Virus record (IMG/VR): IMGVR_UViG_3300017989_002952
Span: 82,891 to 105,615 of that record
From: a virus
Lineage: Duplodnaviria > Heunggongvirae > Uroviricota > Caudoviricetes
Direction: 5' to 3' (one strand)
Length of the DNA: 22,725 nucleotides
The translations under genes were made by a program, and so were the position numbers. Shown here piece by piece: positions 1-8,398 of this stretch. The first letter of the stretch is position 1, and every line of letters starts with the position of its first letter. The notes below the pieces were generated by a model. That model ran no database searches and was not told where the DNA came from. It saw nothing but the letters and a program-made list of their open reading frames with translations.

Positions 1-389
1 TGCCATGGAACAAACAATATTTCCTCGACTTGCTTCGGCTCGTGCATCATTACCACGTTTGGTTCATTATCCACACATTTGAGAGCAGATACTCCTTCAC
101 CAGACTTCGAAGACATATCATGGTTTCCATCTATAATCCAAAAGGTAAGCTTAGGATTATAATCTCGTATCCAATCTAATAATACAGATTGAGCCAGAGA
201 ATGTATAATGCTCTTTGTATGGAATGTGTCACCCGCAATAACAATATTCTCAATAGAATGAGCAATCGCATATTCTGCAATGTCTCGTAATACGAAGTTA
301 AGATAATACAATCTCTCAGGCATCCCTTTGATTATAGGATCTTGAGAATACATTGAGAGATGTAAATCTGCTATACCAATAAATTTCAT
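1..389 (-). CDS. Metallophosphoesterase, SbcD/Mre11/T4 gp47-like recombination nuclease subunit (partial, runs off window start)
   Basis: Not in ORF track. Manual translation from ATG at 389: MKFIGIADLHLSMYSQ...IVIAGDTFHTKS...IIDGNHDMS. Shows DxH, GDxFH and GNHD calcineurin-like motifs. ATGA overlap with the upstream gene's stop. Confidence 0.9.
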   Translation of the reverse strand, partial: MKFIGIADLHLSMYSQDPIIKGMPERLYYLNFVLRDIAEYAIAHSIENIVIAGDTFHTKSIIHSLAQSVLLDWIRDYNPKLTFWIIDGNHDMSSKSGEGVSALKCVDNEPNVVMMHEPKQVEEILFVPW

Positions 390-820
390 ATCGTTTCTCC
401 GTCTTTCGAACCCCAACCACCGTGACGAATACCCCATTGACCATCTACTATTTGATCAATTTTGTCTTGTATTTCTTTATTACTGATATTGAAAATTGCT
501 CCACAACCCATAGATGAATCCCATTTTCTTATTACTAGCTCAAGCTCTTCAAGAATGTCCAGAACCGCCCAATATGCAATGTATTCAACACCATCCTCAC
601 AATATGTCATCACATCGCTTGCTATCAGTCCGAACTGAGATACAACCATGTCTTCAAGAGATTCAGCCTCCGGATCCTCATTTGTAATCCACTCTTTATA
701 ATCTTTTTTGGATTGCTCTGGTATTAGATGTAGGAACTTTTGTATTTCTAATTTCTCTGGAATAAACACCATAAACGAGGTTGAGGAACTATTCGTTACC
801 TCACTTGCTCGAAATTTCAT
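386..820 (-). CDS. Hypothetical protein with N-terminal MKxRxxxVTNSSSxSF motif
   Basis: 144-aa ORF overlapping both neighbours; starts MKFRASEVTNSSSTSF; otherwise acidic. Confidence 0.75.
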   Translation of the reverse strand: MKFRASEVTNSSSTSFMVFIPEKLEIQKFLHLIPEQSKKDYKEWITNEDPEAESLEDMVVSQFGLIASDVMTYCEDGVEYIAYWAVLDILEELELVIRKWDSSMGCGAIFNISNKEIQDKIDQIVDGQWGIRHGGWGSKDGETI

Positions 821-1001
821 ACGTCCTCACTGAAATTGTTCTTTTTTTGCCTCTAACTCGTATCTCTTGTTCTGGTTTCTCCATGTTGTGACGTCTCCAC
901 AGTTGATATGACTTACAATAAGAGGAACATGTCACGCCTACAATACATTCATCACATGGACATAATACCGGAACTTCACCGACTTCATAAGGGTTTATCA
1001 T
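801..1001 (-). CDS. Small Cys-rich (CPCxxCxVxxxCxxxC) putative metal-binding protein
   Basis: 66 aa, CPCDECIVGVTCSSYC; ATGA overlap with helicase stop; same motif as 9537..9905. Confidence 0.7.
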   Translation of the reverse strand: MINPYEVGEVPVLCPCDECIVGVTCSSYCKSYQLWRRHNMEKPEQEIRVRGKKRTISVRTYEISSK

Positions 1002-2401
1002 AATTTGCCTCTAAGAATTTTCATAGCAGTTTTTTCATCTACTGGGTGCAAATTACGAGCTTGGTCGACAACAATATGTTGTACAAACCATCCCTTCGAC
1101 TCATAATATTGTTTACGTCCATAATAACTGCTTGAGATTTCTGGACACCCGATGTCAACCATGTCGATAACGATTGGTTCTTGTTTGTCTGGATAAGCTC
1201 TGTTTATTCGACCAACCATTTGATGTATATTTTTGATTGGTGAAGTCATAATACAGACATCTTTCCATTGAGCATCTACACCATCACGGCATTTACCTGG
1301 AGTTGAGAACGTCATTCTTTCTTCTAAAGCTTCCAATGGGCATCCAGCCGTAAACATTGCTTTACTATTATGTTCTATATCGTCAAAGACAGCATCCAAG
1401 ACTTTTAATCTTTCAGCAATATACAATACATGACGACTTCGAAATTTCTCAAGTAAAGCTTTGCTCACACCCAACACCATTTCTGAATTCTTTATGAGAT
1501 TAAGATATCTACTCCTTTGGAATTGACCTTCCCATCTGAGATATTTAAATCTCTTTGGAATATCAACTCCGAAATCAAATAACAGGACCGTTACTCTTGC
1601 TGGTAGTGTATCTGATGTATCTTCATCCTTATATGTATCTCCAAGGTGATACTCAATAATATCTGTATTACCATCCCATCGATATGGTGTTGCGCTCAAC
1701 CCAAATACCACTCTAGATGGAATATGAATAGACGCCTCAGAAAATGTGGGTGCTCCTATTGTAGTATGAACTTCATCTCCAATAAAGATTCCCACTCTAG
1801 CTTTATCAAGCTCAACTAAGAACTGCATTCGTTTTCGATTTAAGATTGACAATAGAGTTTGGTTTGTGGTGATAATCACCGGTTTTTGTAAATCTTCCTC
1901 AAATTTAGTTGAGGAAAGTCTAGCAATATCATCCTCCTTCAAATTCGTAAATGTAAGAAATCTATTCTTCCACTGCTCGACCAATGAATCACGGTGAACA
2001 AGAATCAAAGACTTCTTCTTTCTTGTCGCAATCGTATAAATACTGATCACAGTTTTACCCATTCCAGGTTGTAGCTCAATAATACCACTGTCGTTCTCGA
2101 GCATATATTTTATAGCATTTTCTTGGGCTTCATTCCGTGGAGTAATATTATGACTAATTTTGATATCTTTCCCTTCATGTGATACGTCACGTATTTTACA
2201 ATCGACATATTCATGAATAGGAAAGAACCTTGGAATGGTCAGATAATTTGGTGTTTCTATAAAGAATTTTTGTATGACGTAATCTGGAGTATTGTATTGC
2301 TTTTGTCTCCTGAATAAGTGCGCTCTGATCTTGTGATAGAACGTCTCATTTTTATACTTCTCAGGAATTGTAATCCCAGATCTTCTCGTCAGTTCAATCA
2401 T
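998..2401 (-). CDS. Superfamily 2 DExH helicase (UvsW/XPB/A18-like)
   Basis: Walker A QPGMGKT, motif Ia VHRDSL, Walker B DEVH, motif III SAT, motif VI QMVGRINR. Confidence 0.9.
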   Translation of the reverse strand: MIELTRRSGITIPEKYKNETFYHKIRAHLFRRQKQYNTPDYVIQKFFIETPNYLTIPRFFPIHEYVDCKIRDVSHEGKDIKISHNITPRNEAQENAIKYMLENDSGIIELQPGMGKTVISIYTIATRKKKSLILVHRDSLVEQWKNRFLTFTNLKEDDIARLSSTKFEEDLQKPVIITTNQTLLSILNRKRMQFLVELDKARVGIFIGDEVHTTIGAPTFSEASIHIPSRVVFGLSATPYRWDGNTDIIEYHLGDTYKDEDTSDTLPARVTVLLFDFGVDIPKRFKYLRWEGQFQRSRYLNLIKNSEMVLGVSKALLEKFRSRHVLYIAERLKVLDAVFDDIEHNSKAMFTAGCPLEALEERMTFSTPGKCRDGVDAQWKDVCIMTSPIKNIHQMVGRINRAYPDKQEPIVIDMVDIGCPEISSSYYGRKQYYESKGWFVQHIVVDQARNLHPVDEKTAMKILRGKL

Positions 2402-2404
2402 TTG

Positions 2405-2839
2405 TTACTCCGAATATTCCGTCATACTTCCATCATTTTCCCAAACACGAATCCAATCTAGGACCAGCCGAGAATCTATTTTATTGACGTAATTTTGTAT
2501 CTTCAAGAATAAGTATTCCGCAAAGACCTCCGCAGTCGGGTCAACATCTTCATCATACAAAACTCTTGTTTTAAACCCAGCCTTGGTTGAAAATTCTTTC
2601 ACTGTAGTGTCAGAATTATTTACTAAAATAGCATGGTCGAACTGATCCAACATTGGTTCTACAATTGTCTTAATATCTTTAAAGTCAATAACCATGTCAT
2701 TGTCATTCAACACAAACGACGAAATTTGTACCTCAAGTTTTAAGTTGTGACCGTGAATATTTTTACAAAGACCTTTGTGTTTACTCAACCTGTGACCCAC
2801 AGGCACTTTAAAGATTTTTCTAACACGCCATATAGCCAT
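2405..2839 (-). CDS. queD: 6-carboxy-5,6,7,8-tetrahydropterin synthase (QueD/PTPS family)
   Basis: GHRL..HKGLCKNIHGHN (catalytic Cys, Zn-binding His residues), FDHAILVN, PTAE, VWE; RBS AGGAGG. Confidence 0.92.
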   Translation of the reverse strand: MAIWRVRKIFKVPVGHRLSKHKGLCKNIHGHNLKLEVQISSFVLNDNDMVIDFKDIKTIVEPMLDQFDHAILVNNSDTTVKEFSTKAGFKTRVLYDEDVDPTAEVFAEYLFLKIQNYVNKIDSRLVLDWIRVWENDGSMTEYSE

Positions 2840-2842
2840 CCG

Positions 2843-3325
2843 TTACCCTCCTTGACATGGTATTGGGTTAAGACTTCTCCAACCGTCGTCTTTCCCCAAA
2901 AAGAATTTTCTATTACCAATAAACAGAGTGCTTTCACCATTCTCACACCCAGTTTCAATTTTACCTTGAAGTTGATAACATGGAAACATTTGAATATCTC
3001 CATAACTATCTTTTTCACCATAAAAGAACTTTGTCTTGTTGATATAGACAATTGCTCTGCCCTCATCATCAACCAACTGACAATCTATGGTTGGTGTGCC
3101 CTGCACCGTTTCAATCTTTTGTTCTTTGTCAGTACTAGTTGTTACGGTAATTTTTACCGGTGAGTTCTCAGAAACAACTCCAGCAATCTCCTTGATGTTG
3201 GCGACGCCTTCTTTTAATTCTTCCTTATTATCCTTGACGTAATCAAGAACAAGACCAGCTATTGCACCAATAATCACAATAGCGATCAACAACTCGAACA
3301 ACGTAAATCCTTTCTGTGATTTCAT
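2843..3325 (-). CDS. Type IV pilin-like protein with prepilin N-terminal cleavage/methylation signal
   Basis: MKSQKG/FTLFELLIAIVIIGAIAGLVL: basic leader, G-F cleavage site, Glu+5, hydrophobic helix; four Cys in the C-terminal domain. Confidence 0.85.
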   Translation of the reverse strand: MKSQKGFTLFELLIAIVIIGAIAGLVLDYVKDNKEELKEGVANIKEIAGVVSENSPVKITVTTSTDKEQKIETVQGTPTIDCQLVDDEGRAIVYINKTKFFYGEKDSYGDIQMFPCYQLQGKIETGCENGESTLFIGNRKFFLGKDDGWRSLNPIPCQGG

Positions 3326-4665
3326 AACAATTCCTTTCCCGCCTTACTATATTGGTCCAAGACGTATTTTTCGATATTCGTTAAGTTATCTTTTAATTCC
3401 TTCACTTTTTCTTGGAGTTTAGCTGTATCCGTATCAACAGTTAATAATTTTTGAATTGGATACTTGGAAAGAATTTCCTTAACCACGTTCGATCCAACAC
3501 TCGATTGATTTGACAACTCCATTACTTTTTCACTCAGCGGTGCTTGTCTAAATTTTTTGTCAGTCATTAATTTAGATAAAGGACCCCGCAACATGGACAA
3601 AGCAGTCAATTCTTTGATTGACTCGTTGGTCTTATCTATTTCATGATTCAACATTTTGATATTAACACCAGTGAACATTTTATAAGTATTCAATAACATT
3701 TCATCAACAGGCACAACTCGAGTCTGATTATTGGTATCTGTCATTGTTATTTCAAATGTTACCGATCCTGTCGTGGCTTCTTGAATAGCTTTGAGACAAG
3801 CTTTATAAATCTTATCTCGGTTTCTTTGCTTTAAGACACTGAAGACAATCTCAGTTCCGACCTTTTTACTTGAAGAGTCAATATATCCAATATCCTGGTT
3901 ATCTAACATCTTCTTTATGGCTGCTTTATTGAGAATGGATTCAAATCTCCGACCAGGCGGCCAAGATTTCACGATGACTTTGCAAAGAGCAGCGTTGGTT
4001 TTAATAACACCTTTCATTGGTATTGCTGCTTTTCCCGTGGTGAGTAATTTCTCCAAAGTTTTTGCATCAGCTATAATTTGACAATCCGACCTTGGAGATA
4101 TGGTGGGTTTGGTTTTCCTGATCCCAAGCAACCACATGAGTCGCTTATGGAGATCAGAAATTAAATAGGTTGGTATGACAGTCCGATAACCAAAACCAAT
4201 ACCTTGACTATAATCCTTTCCAATAAGACATACAGGAAACATAGTTGGAAGAAAAAGCGGTTCTTTATCATCTTTTGACTCGCTCTCAACCCAAGGCACG
4301 TGTTTGATATACTTAAACATTAAAGAATAAGTTCTCGAACTCAATTTACATTCCGTGTATCTCATAGCCGCAGGTGGAGATGGATCTACTCCAATGGAGC
4401 TTCCAAAATTTCCTTGTTTTTCTAGAAAACCTTGATTAGCCATTTGGACTATCGTTCCATATGTAGTGCTGTGTGGATGGAACCGAGCAATACAAGTTCC
4501 ATCCACCCTTGGACACTTTGCAAATTTCTCTCTTGCGACCAGATACGCAGATAACAATACCCTACGCTCGACTGGTTTTAACCCATCCAGATCTAAAGGA
4601 AATGATCTGAAAGCGTTAATATAGTCACCGTAGCTTTTATACTTCCTTGGTATTATCTGGTCCAT
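3322..4665 (-). CDS. Type IIA DNA topoisomerase A subunit (GyrA/ParC/T4 gp52-like), no C-terminal pinwheel domain
   Basis: DGLKPVERRVL, FHPHS, QGNFGS, AAMRYTE (catalytic Tyr); only 447 aa. Confidence 0.92.
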   Translation of the reverse strand: MDQIIPRKYKSYGDYINAFRSFPLDLDGLKPVERRVLLSAYLVAREKFAKCPRVDGTCIARFHPHSTTYGTIVQMANQGFLEKQGNFGSSIGVDPSPPAAMRYTECKLSSRTYSLMFKYIKHVPWVESESKDDKEPLFLPTMFPVCLIGKDYSQGIGFGYRTVIPTYLISDLHKRLMWLLGIRKTKPTISPRSDCQIIADAKTLEKLLTTGKAAIPMKGVIKTNAALCKVIVKSWPPGRRFESILNKAAIKKMLDNQDIGYIDSSSKKVGTEIVFSVLKQRNRDKIYKACLKAIQEATTGSVTFEITMTDTNNQTRVVPVDEMLLNTYKMFTGVNIKMLNHEIDKTNESIKELTALSMLRGPLSKLMTDKKFRQAPLSEKVMELSNQSSVGSNVVKEILSKYPIQKLLTVDTDTAKLQEKVKELKDNLTNIEKYVLDQYSKAGKELL

Positions 4666-4675
4666 CCGGTTCTCC

Positions 4676-4828
4676 CTATTTCTGTTTTTCTTTTAAGCGT
4701 CTGGTTTTCTTCTCCATTCGCTTTTTATGTTTTTCCTGCTTACGCAGCTTGTTGGTCTCCCGTCTCTTTTCTTGTTGGTACTTCTGTGATGCTGGCTTCT
4801 TGCTGTTCCGTCCTGGTCTTTTTGACAT
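4676..4828 (-). CDS. Small, very basic 50-aa protein (not in ORF track)
   Basis: GGAGG (4838..4834) 5 nt before ATG. Translation: MSKRPGRNSKKPASQKYQQEKRRETNKLRKQEKHKKRMEKKTRRLKEKQK*. Its TAG abuts the GGAG RBS of the topo A gene and it fills an otherwise empty gap. Confidence 0.7.
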   Translation of the reverse strand: MSKRPGRNSKKPASQKYQQEKRRETNKLRKQEKHKKRMEKKTRRLKEKQK

Positions 4829-5312
4829 GCGTTCCTCCGTGCACATGATATCTTAGAATCCAAAAGAATGTGTATAATTGGTAGTTATCATATAATTCAA
4901 TCGTGAATTGCCTCTGATTATCCTCATACGACCAATAAACCCACTCGTCACGAAATCCTTCACAATATACTGAGTTGATTTTCTTGTCTTTAAATAATCC
5001 AAGAAAGTCAATACTCAATTCGACTCCAACTGGAGCACGAACAGACAATTTCCAATCATAGAAATTATATCGTGCAATGAATCGAAAATCATTCCATGTC
5101 AACTCAAATACCGGAAGAGTTACTGATTTGGACGTATGGGTGCTAATAACCATAACACCATCTCGAATACCTCTAAATTCTTCTTGTGATCTAGCAAGAA
5201 TGCTTGGAATGGTATCCCGAAACATCTTAACTTGAGGCCACAGACCTCCTTTGTAGATCAGATTTTCGTCTGGTTTGTTTTTGTTAAACCATTCTTGAAG
5301 TTTCTCGTACAT
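4740..5312 (-). CDS. Hypothetical phage protein
   Basis: 190-aa ORF, RBS GGGAG, starts 1 nt after the topo B stop; aromatic-rich, VISTHTSKSVTLPV segment. Confidence 0.75.
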   Translation of the reverse strand: MYEKLQEWFNKNKPDENLIYKGGLWPQVKMFRDTIPSILARSQEEFRGIRDGVMVISTHTSKSVTLPVFELTWNDFRFIARYNFYDWKLSVRAPVGVELSIDFLGLFKDKKINSVYCEGFRDEWVYWSYEDNQRQFTIELYDNYQLYTFFWILRYHVHGGTHVKKTRTEQQEASITEVPTRKETGDQQAA

Positions 5313-5313
5313 C

Positions 5314-7110
5314 TTAAATCTCCCACGTACCTTCCAGGAGTTTGCGCTTTTGGTCTGCTCCAGAGAACAGTTTTGACATCTTTGTAATATTAGACGTCAT
5401 CTTAATTGGCACTAACTTTCTTTTCTTTTCATTAATTGCAACTTCCCCAAGTTGATCTGGATTTAATTCACCCAAACCCTTCAGGCGCACTATTGGTTTA
5501 TTCTCTTTTTTCGCTTTTTGTATTTCGTCATCCGTCCATAACGGAACAAAGTTCTTTTTCTCATTGATTGCATACAATGGAGTCTCAACAAGATAGTAAT
5601 GTCCATTTCTAATAACATCTGGCACCAATGTGGCGAGAATTAACGTCACCAGACAAAAGATATGAGCGCCATCCTCATCGGCATCAGTTGCACATATAAT
5701 TTTGTCATACTTCAAACCAGATATATCAAAGTCAGGACCCACGCCGGTTCCAAGAGCCATAATCATCTCCGAAACCTCTTTATTCTTTATGATATCCTTT
5801 GCATTAACCGCATTGGGAATTTTACCACGTAATGGTAATATAGCATGCTTCTTTGGATCTCGACATTCCACAAATCCACCACCTGCGGAATCCCCTTCCA
5901 CGATAAATAATTCACCATGAGATGATGTGCAATCTCTGAGTTTGGTAAACTTGGTTGATGCTCGTTTACCGTTAGTTTTTGCCTTAACTTTTCTAGCATT
6001 GAGTCTTGCTCGGTATTCCGCAAATCTCTCAAGCAACTCGGTTAATTGTTCAGGGTTCGCCGCGAAATGAGCTTCAATTTTTGCTTTGAGCTGTGTCACA
6101 AACTTACCCAATGTCGCCTTTCTATTTGTCAGCTTATCTTTGGTCTGTCCGGAGAATTTTGGCTCCTTTAAACTGAGCATTAAATATGCTCTTAGACCCA
6201 TAAGACAATCGGCTGGCATAAAGTTAAACCCTAATTTCTTGCCTTTGGCGACGAAGAAATCTCTGAGAATCTCATAGAGGGCGTTAACGTGAGTTCCCCC
6301 GCTGTCGACAGGTAAGAGATTGACTGAGGATAATACTCTCGGTGATACACTACCATTCATCGCATATGTCATCATGACATGGAAAGCTTCAGGTCTTTCC
6401 AAAGCAGAAAACTTCATTAGACCGACGTGTTGTTCTCCGTCATGCATGATATGATCCATAAAATGCTCATCCAACGTCAGTTTAAAAAGTTCTCTTTTGT
6501 CGTCGACATTGAGAATAAATGTAATGTCTTTGCTGAGTTCAGCTGAAGCAGTGCTCAGACGTCTCTTAATCCGTCGAACATCGGGTATGAGATTCTCAAA
6601 GATTTTCTTGGAAGGCTTGAATTCAATTTTGGTTGAGAAGGGTTTTTTATCTGTATAAGGTTTAATAGATTTGCTTTTGAGTTTTCCATTTGCAAATCTG
6701 AAGACTCCGTGTTTATTGTTTCTGTAAACTTCCACCAAGTAATGATCACTCAGAGCAGAGACAGCACACAAACCAACACCGTGCAATCCACTTGCAATTT
6801 CATATGCTGTTTTTCTGTCCTGAAATTTTGCTCCTGAGAATAGTTTTGAGGATATTCTAACTGGAGTATTATCACTTAGCGGAATCCCACGACCATTATC
6901 CAATACGGCGCAAACACCAGTCTTAGTATCAATATTTACTGCTATAATTGACCCATGACCACCTTGAGCCTCATCCAATGCATTATCAAGACATTCCTCT
7001 ACAAGATGTGCAGGTGTTTCAGTGCCTCCAACATACATTCCGGCGTTTAACTGGATATGGGTAATCTCATCCAACACCTGCACATCTTTTGCTGTATATC
7101 TTTTTACCAT
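5314..7110 (-). CDS. Type IIA DNA topoisomerase B subunit (GyrB/ParE-like; GHKL ATPase plus TOPRIM)
   Basis: ECLDNALDE, DNGRGIP, GLHGVGL, EGDSA, PLRGK, DADEDG, KGLGE. Confidence 0.95.
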   Translation of the reverse strand: MVKRYTAKDVQVLDEITHIQLNAGMYVGGTETPAHLVEECLDNALDEAQGGHGSIIAVNIDTKTGVCAVLDNGRGIPLSDNTPVRISSKLFSGAKFQDRKTAYEIASGLHGVGLCAVSALSDHYLVEVYRNNKHGVFRFANGKLKSKSIKPYTDKKPFSTKIEFKPSKKIFENLIPDVRRIKRRLSTASAELSKDITFILNVDDKRELFKLTLDEHFMDHIMHDGEQHVGLMKFSALERPEAFHVMMTYAMNGSVSPRVLSSVNLLPVDSGGTHVNALYEILRDFFVAKGKKLGFNFMPADCLMGLRAYLMLSLKEPKFSGQTKDKLTNRKATLGKFVTQLKAKIEAHFAANPEQLTELLERFAEYRARLNARKVKAKTNGKRASTKFTKLRDCTSSHGELFIVEGDSAGGGFVECRDPKKHAILPLRGKIPNAVNAKDIIKNKEVSEMIMALGTGVGPDFDISGLKYDKIICATDADEDGAHIFCLVTLILATLVPDVIRNGHYYLVETPLYAINEKKNFVPLWTDDEIQKAKKENKPIVRLKGLGELNPDQLGEVAINEKKRKLVPIKMTSNITKMSKLFSGADQKRKLLEGTWEI

Positions 7111-7112
7111 AG

Positions 7113-8396
7113 TTATATCCTCACAATGTAGCCGGTCTTATTTACTTGGTCAATAACACCTTCTTTCTGAATGACCCATATAATTTTCTTAGGAAGCAAT
7201 TGTCTCGAAATTCCGTTAATATTATCACAACCACCATCTGTGAATGCTAACACAACATCCGGTTTTAACTCACGTGCTCGCTCAAGACCCGGAAACAAAG
7301 TTGTTCCGCCTCGACCTTTAACCTCAAAATCAATATCCCGAACCTTCTTACACTCGTATTCTTTTTGAATCTTTGTGTCATTCTCAATAACCGTCGTCTT
7401 ACAATGACGATCATTTTCAATTATGTTCTTGATTCCTTTTAAACCTTCTTTAATATCGTCAGGCGACATACTACCTGAGGTATCAATCAAGACCACAATG
7501 TTGAATGAGAAGTCTCGAGTCCGACCTGGAAACGGCGAGATCTGAGGGAGATTTTGTTCTCCGATTGCAAACACGTAAGTCCGTTTACGATTAATCCTGG
7601 TAAAAGATCTCTTGAATTTACTTAATCTTGAACCTCTCACCAGTTTTCTAATTACTTGATAATATGGAACTTTTGGGGGAGTGAGCGCCTTATCTATCAG
7701 TTCCTTGACAAATCCCGGTAGCTCACCTCGCTTCTTTCGAAAATTCTTCAAAGAATCTTTGATGATTTCTTCGACATAACCGTCAATCTTTCGTGATAAG
7801 GAGCTCACATCAGCAACCTGAGAGATTGCTTTCCCCCAAGACCCATGATCGTCCACCGCATCATAGTCTTCACCAGCACCACCAAACTGCATTTCACCAC
7901 CCATCTGTTTCATTTGATCTCTGACTTCATCTAACAGGTGATGATAATAATGCTCGGTCGACTTACCATCTTCCATATCATAAATGTCAGGAAAACAACC
8001 CGCCCATGGTTTTCCGGCTATCGTTACTTCCCTTGGCATTTCTATGATAGGATTAACAGCACAATCAGCTGCAGTATTCCAAATCCTAGCCTTGACAAAT
8101 TTAATTTCTTTCGAGACCTCGTTTGAGAGTATTCTCAATAATCTGGACACATGTTTATTCAACACATGCATTCCTTCATGTTCAAGAATTTTCTCTATAA
8201 CTAAATCATCTGTTTCTTTCATCAATGCTGGATTAAATATCAGGGAAATGGTACCATCTCGTTCTGGTCCAACCCCCATTATAGATGGAAGAGTATCTGA
8301 AGCAATGCGACGAATCCTACCAAATAGATAACCCCAATAGCTATGTCGTAATGCCATTTTTGCTATCTGTTTTTTGAGGCGTTCGCTTTGATCCAT
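7113..8396 (-). CDS. DUF2201-type putative metallopeptidase plus C-terminal vWA domain protein
   Basis: HEGMH (HExxH), WNTAADCAVN, acidic DDHGSW linker, MIDAS DTSGSM, GRGGT, FTDG. Confidence 0.85.
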   Translation of the reverse strand: MDQSERLKKQIAKMALRHSYWGYLFGRIRRIASDTLPSIMGVGPERDGTISLIFNPALMKETDDLVIEKILEHEGMHVLNKHVSRLLRILSNEVSKEIKFVKARIWNTAADCAVNPIIEMPREVTIAGKPWAGCFPDIYDMEDGKSTEHYYHHLLDEVRDQMKQMGGEMQFGGAGEDYDAVDDHGSWGKAISQVADVSSLSRKIDGYVEEIIKDSLKNFRKKRGELPGFVKELIDKALTPPKVPYYQVIRKLVRGSRLSKFKRSFTRINRKRTYVFAIGEQNLPQISPFPGRTRDFSFNIVVLIDTSGSMSPDDIKEGLKGIKNIIENDRHCKTTVIENDTKIQKEYECKKVRDIDFEVKGRGGTTLFPGLERARELKPDVVLAFTDGGCDNINGISRQLLPKKIIWVIQKEGVIDQVNKTGYIVRI

Positions 8397-8398
8397 TA

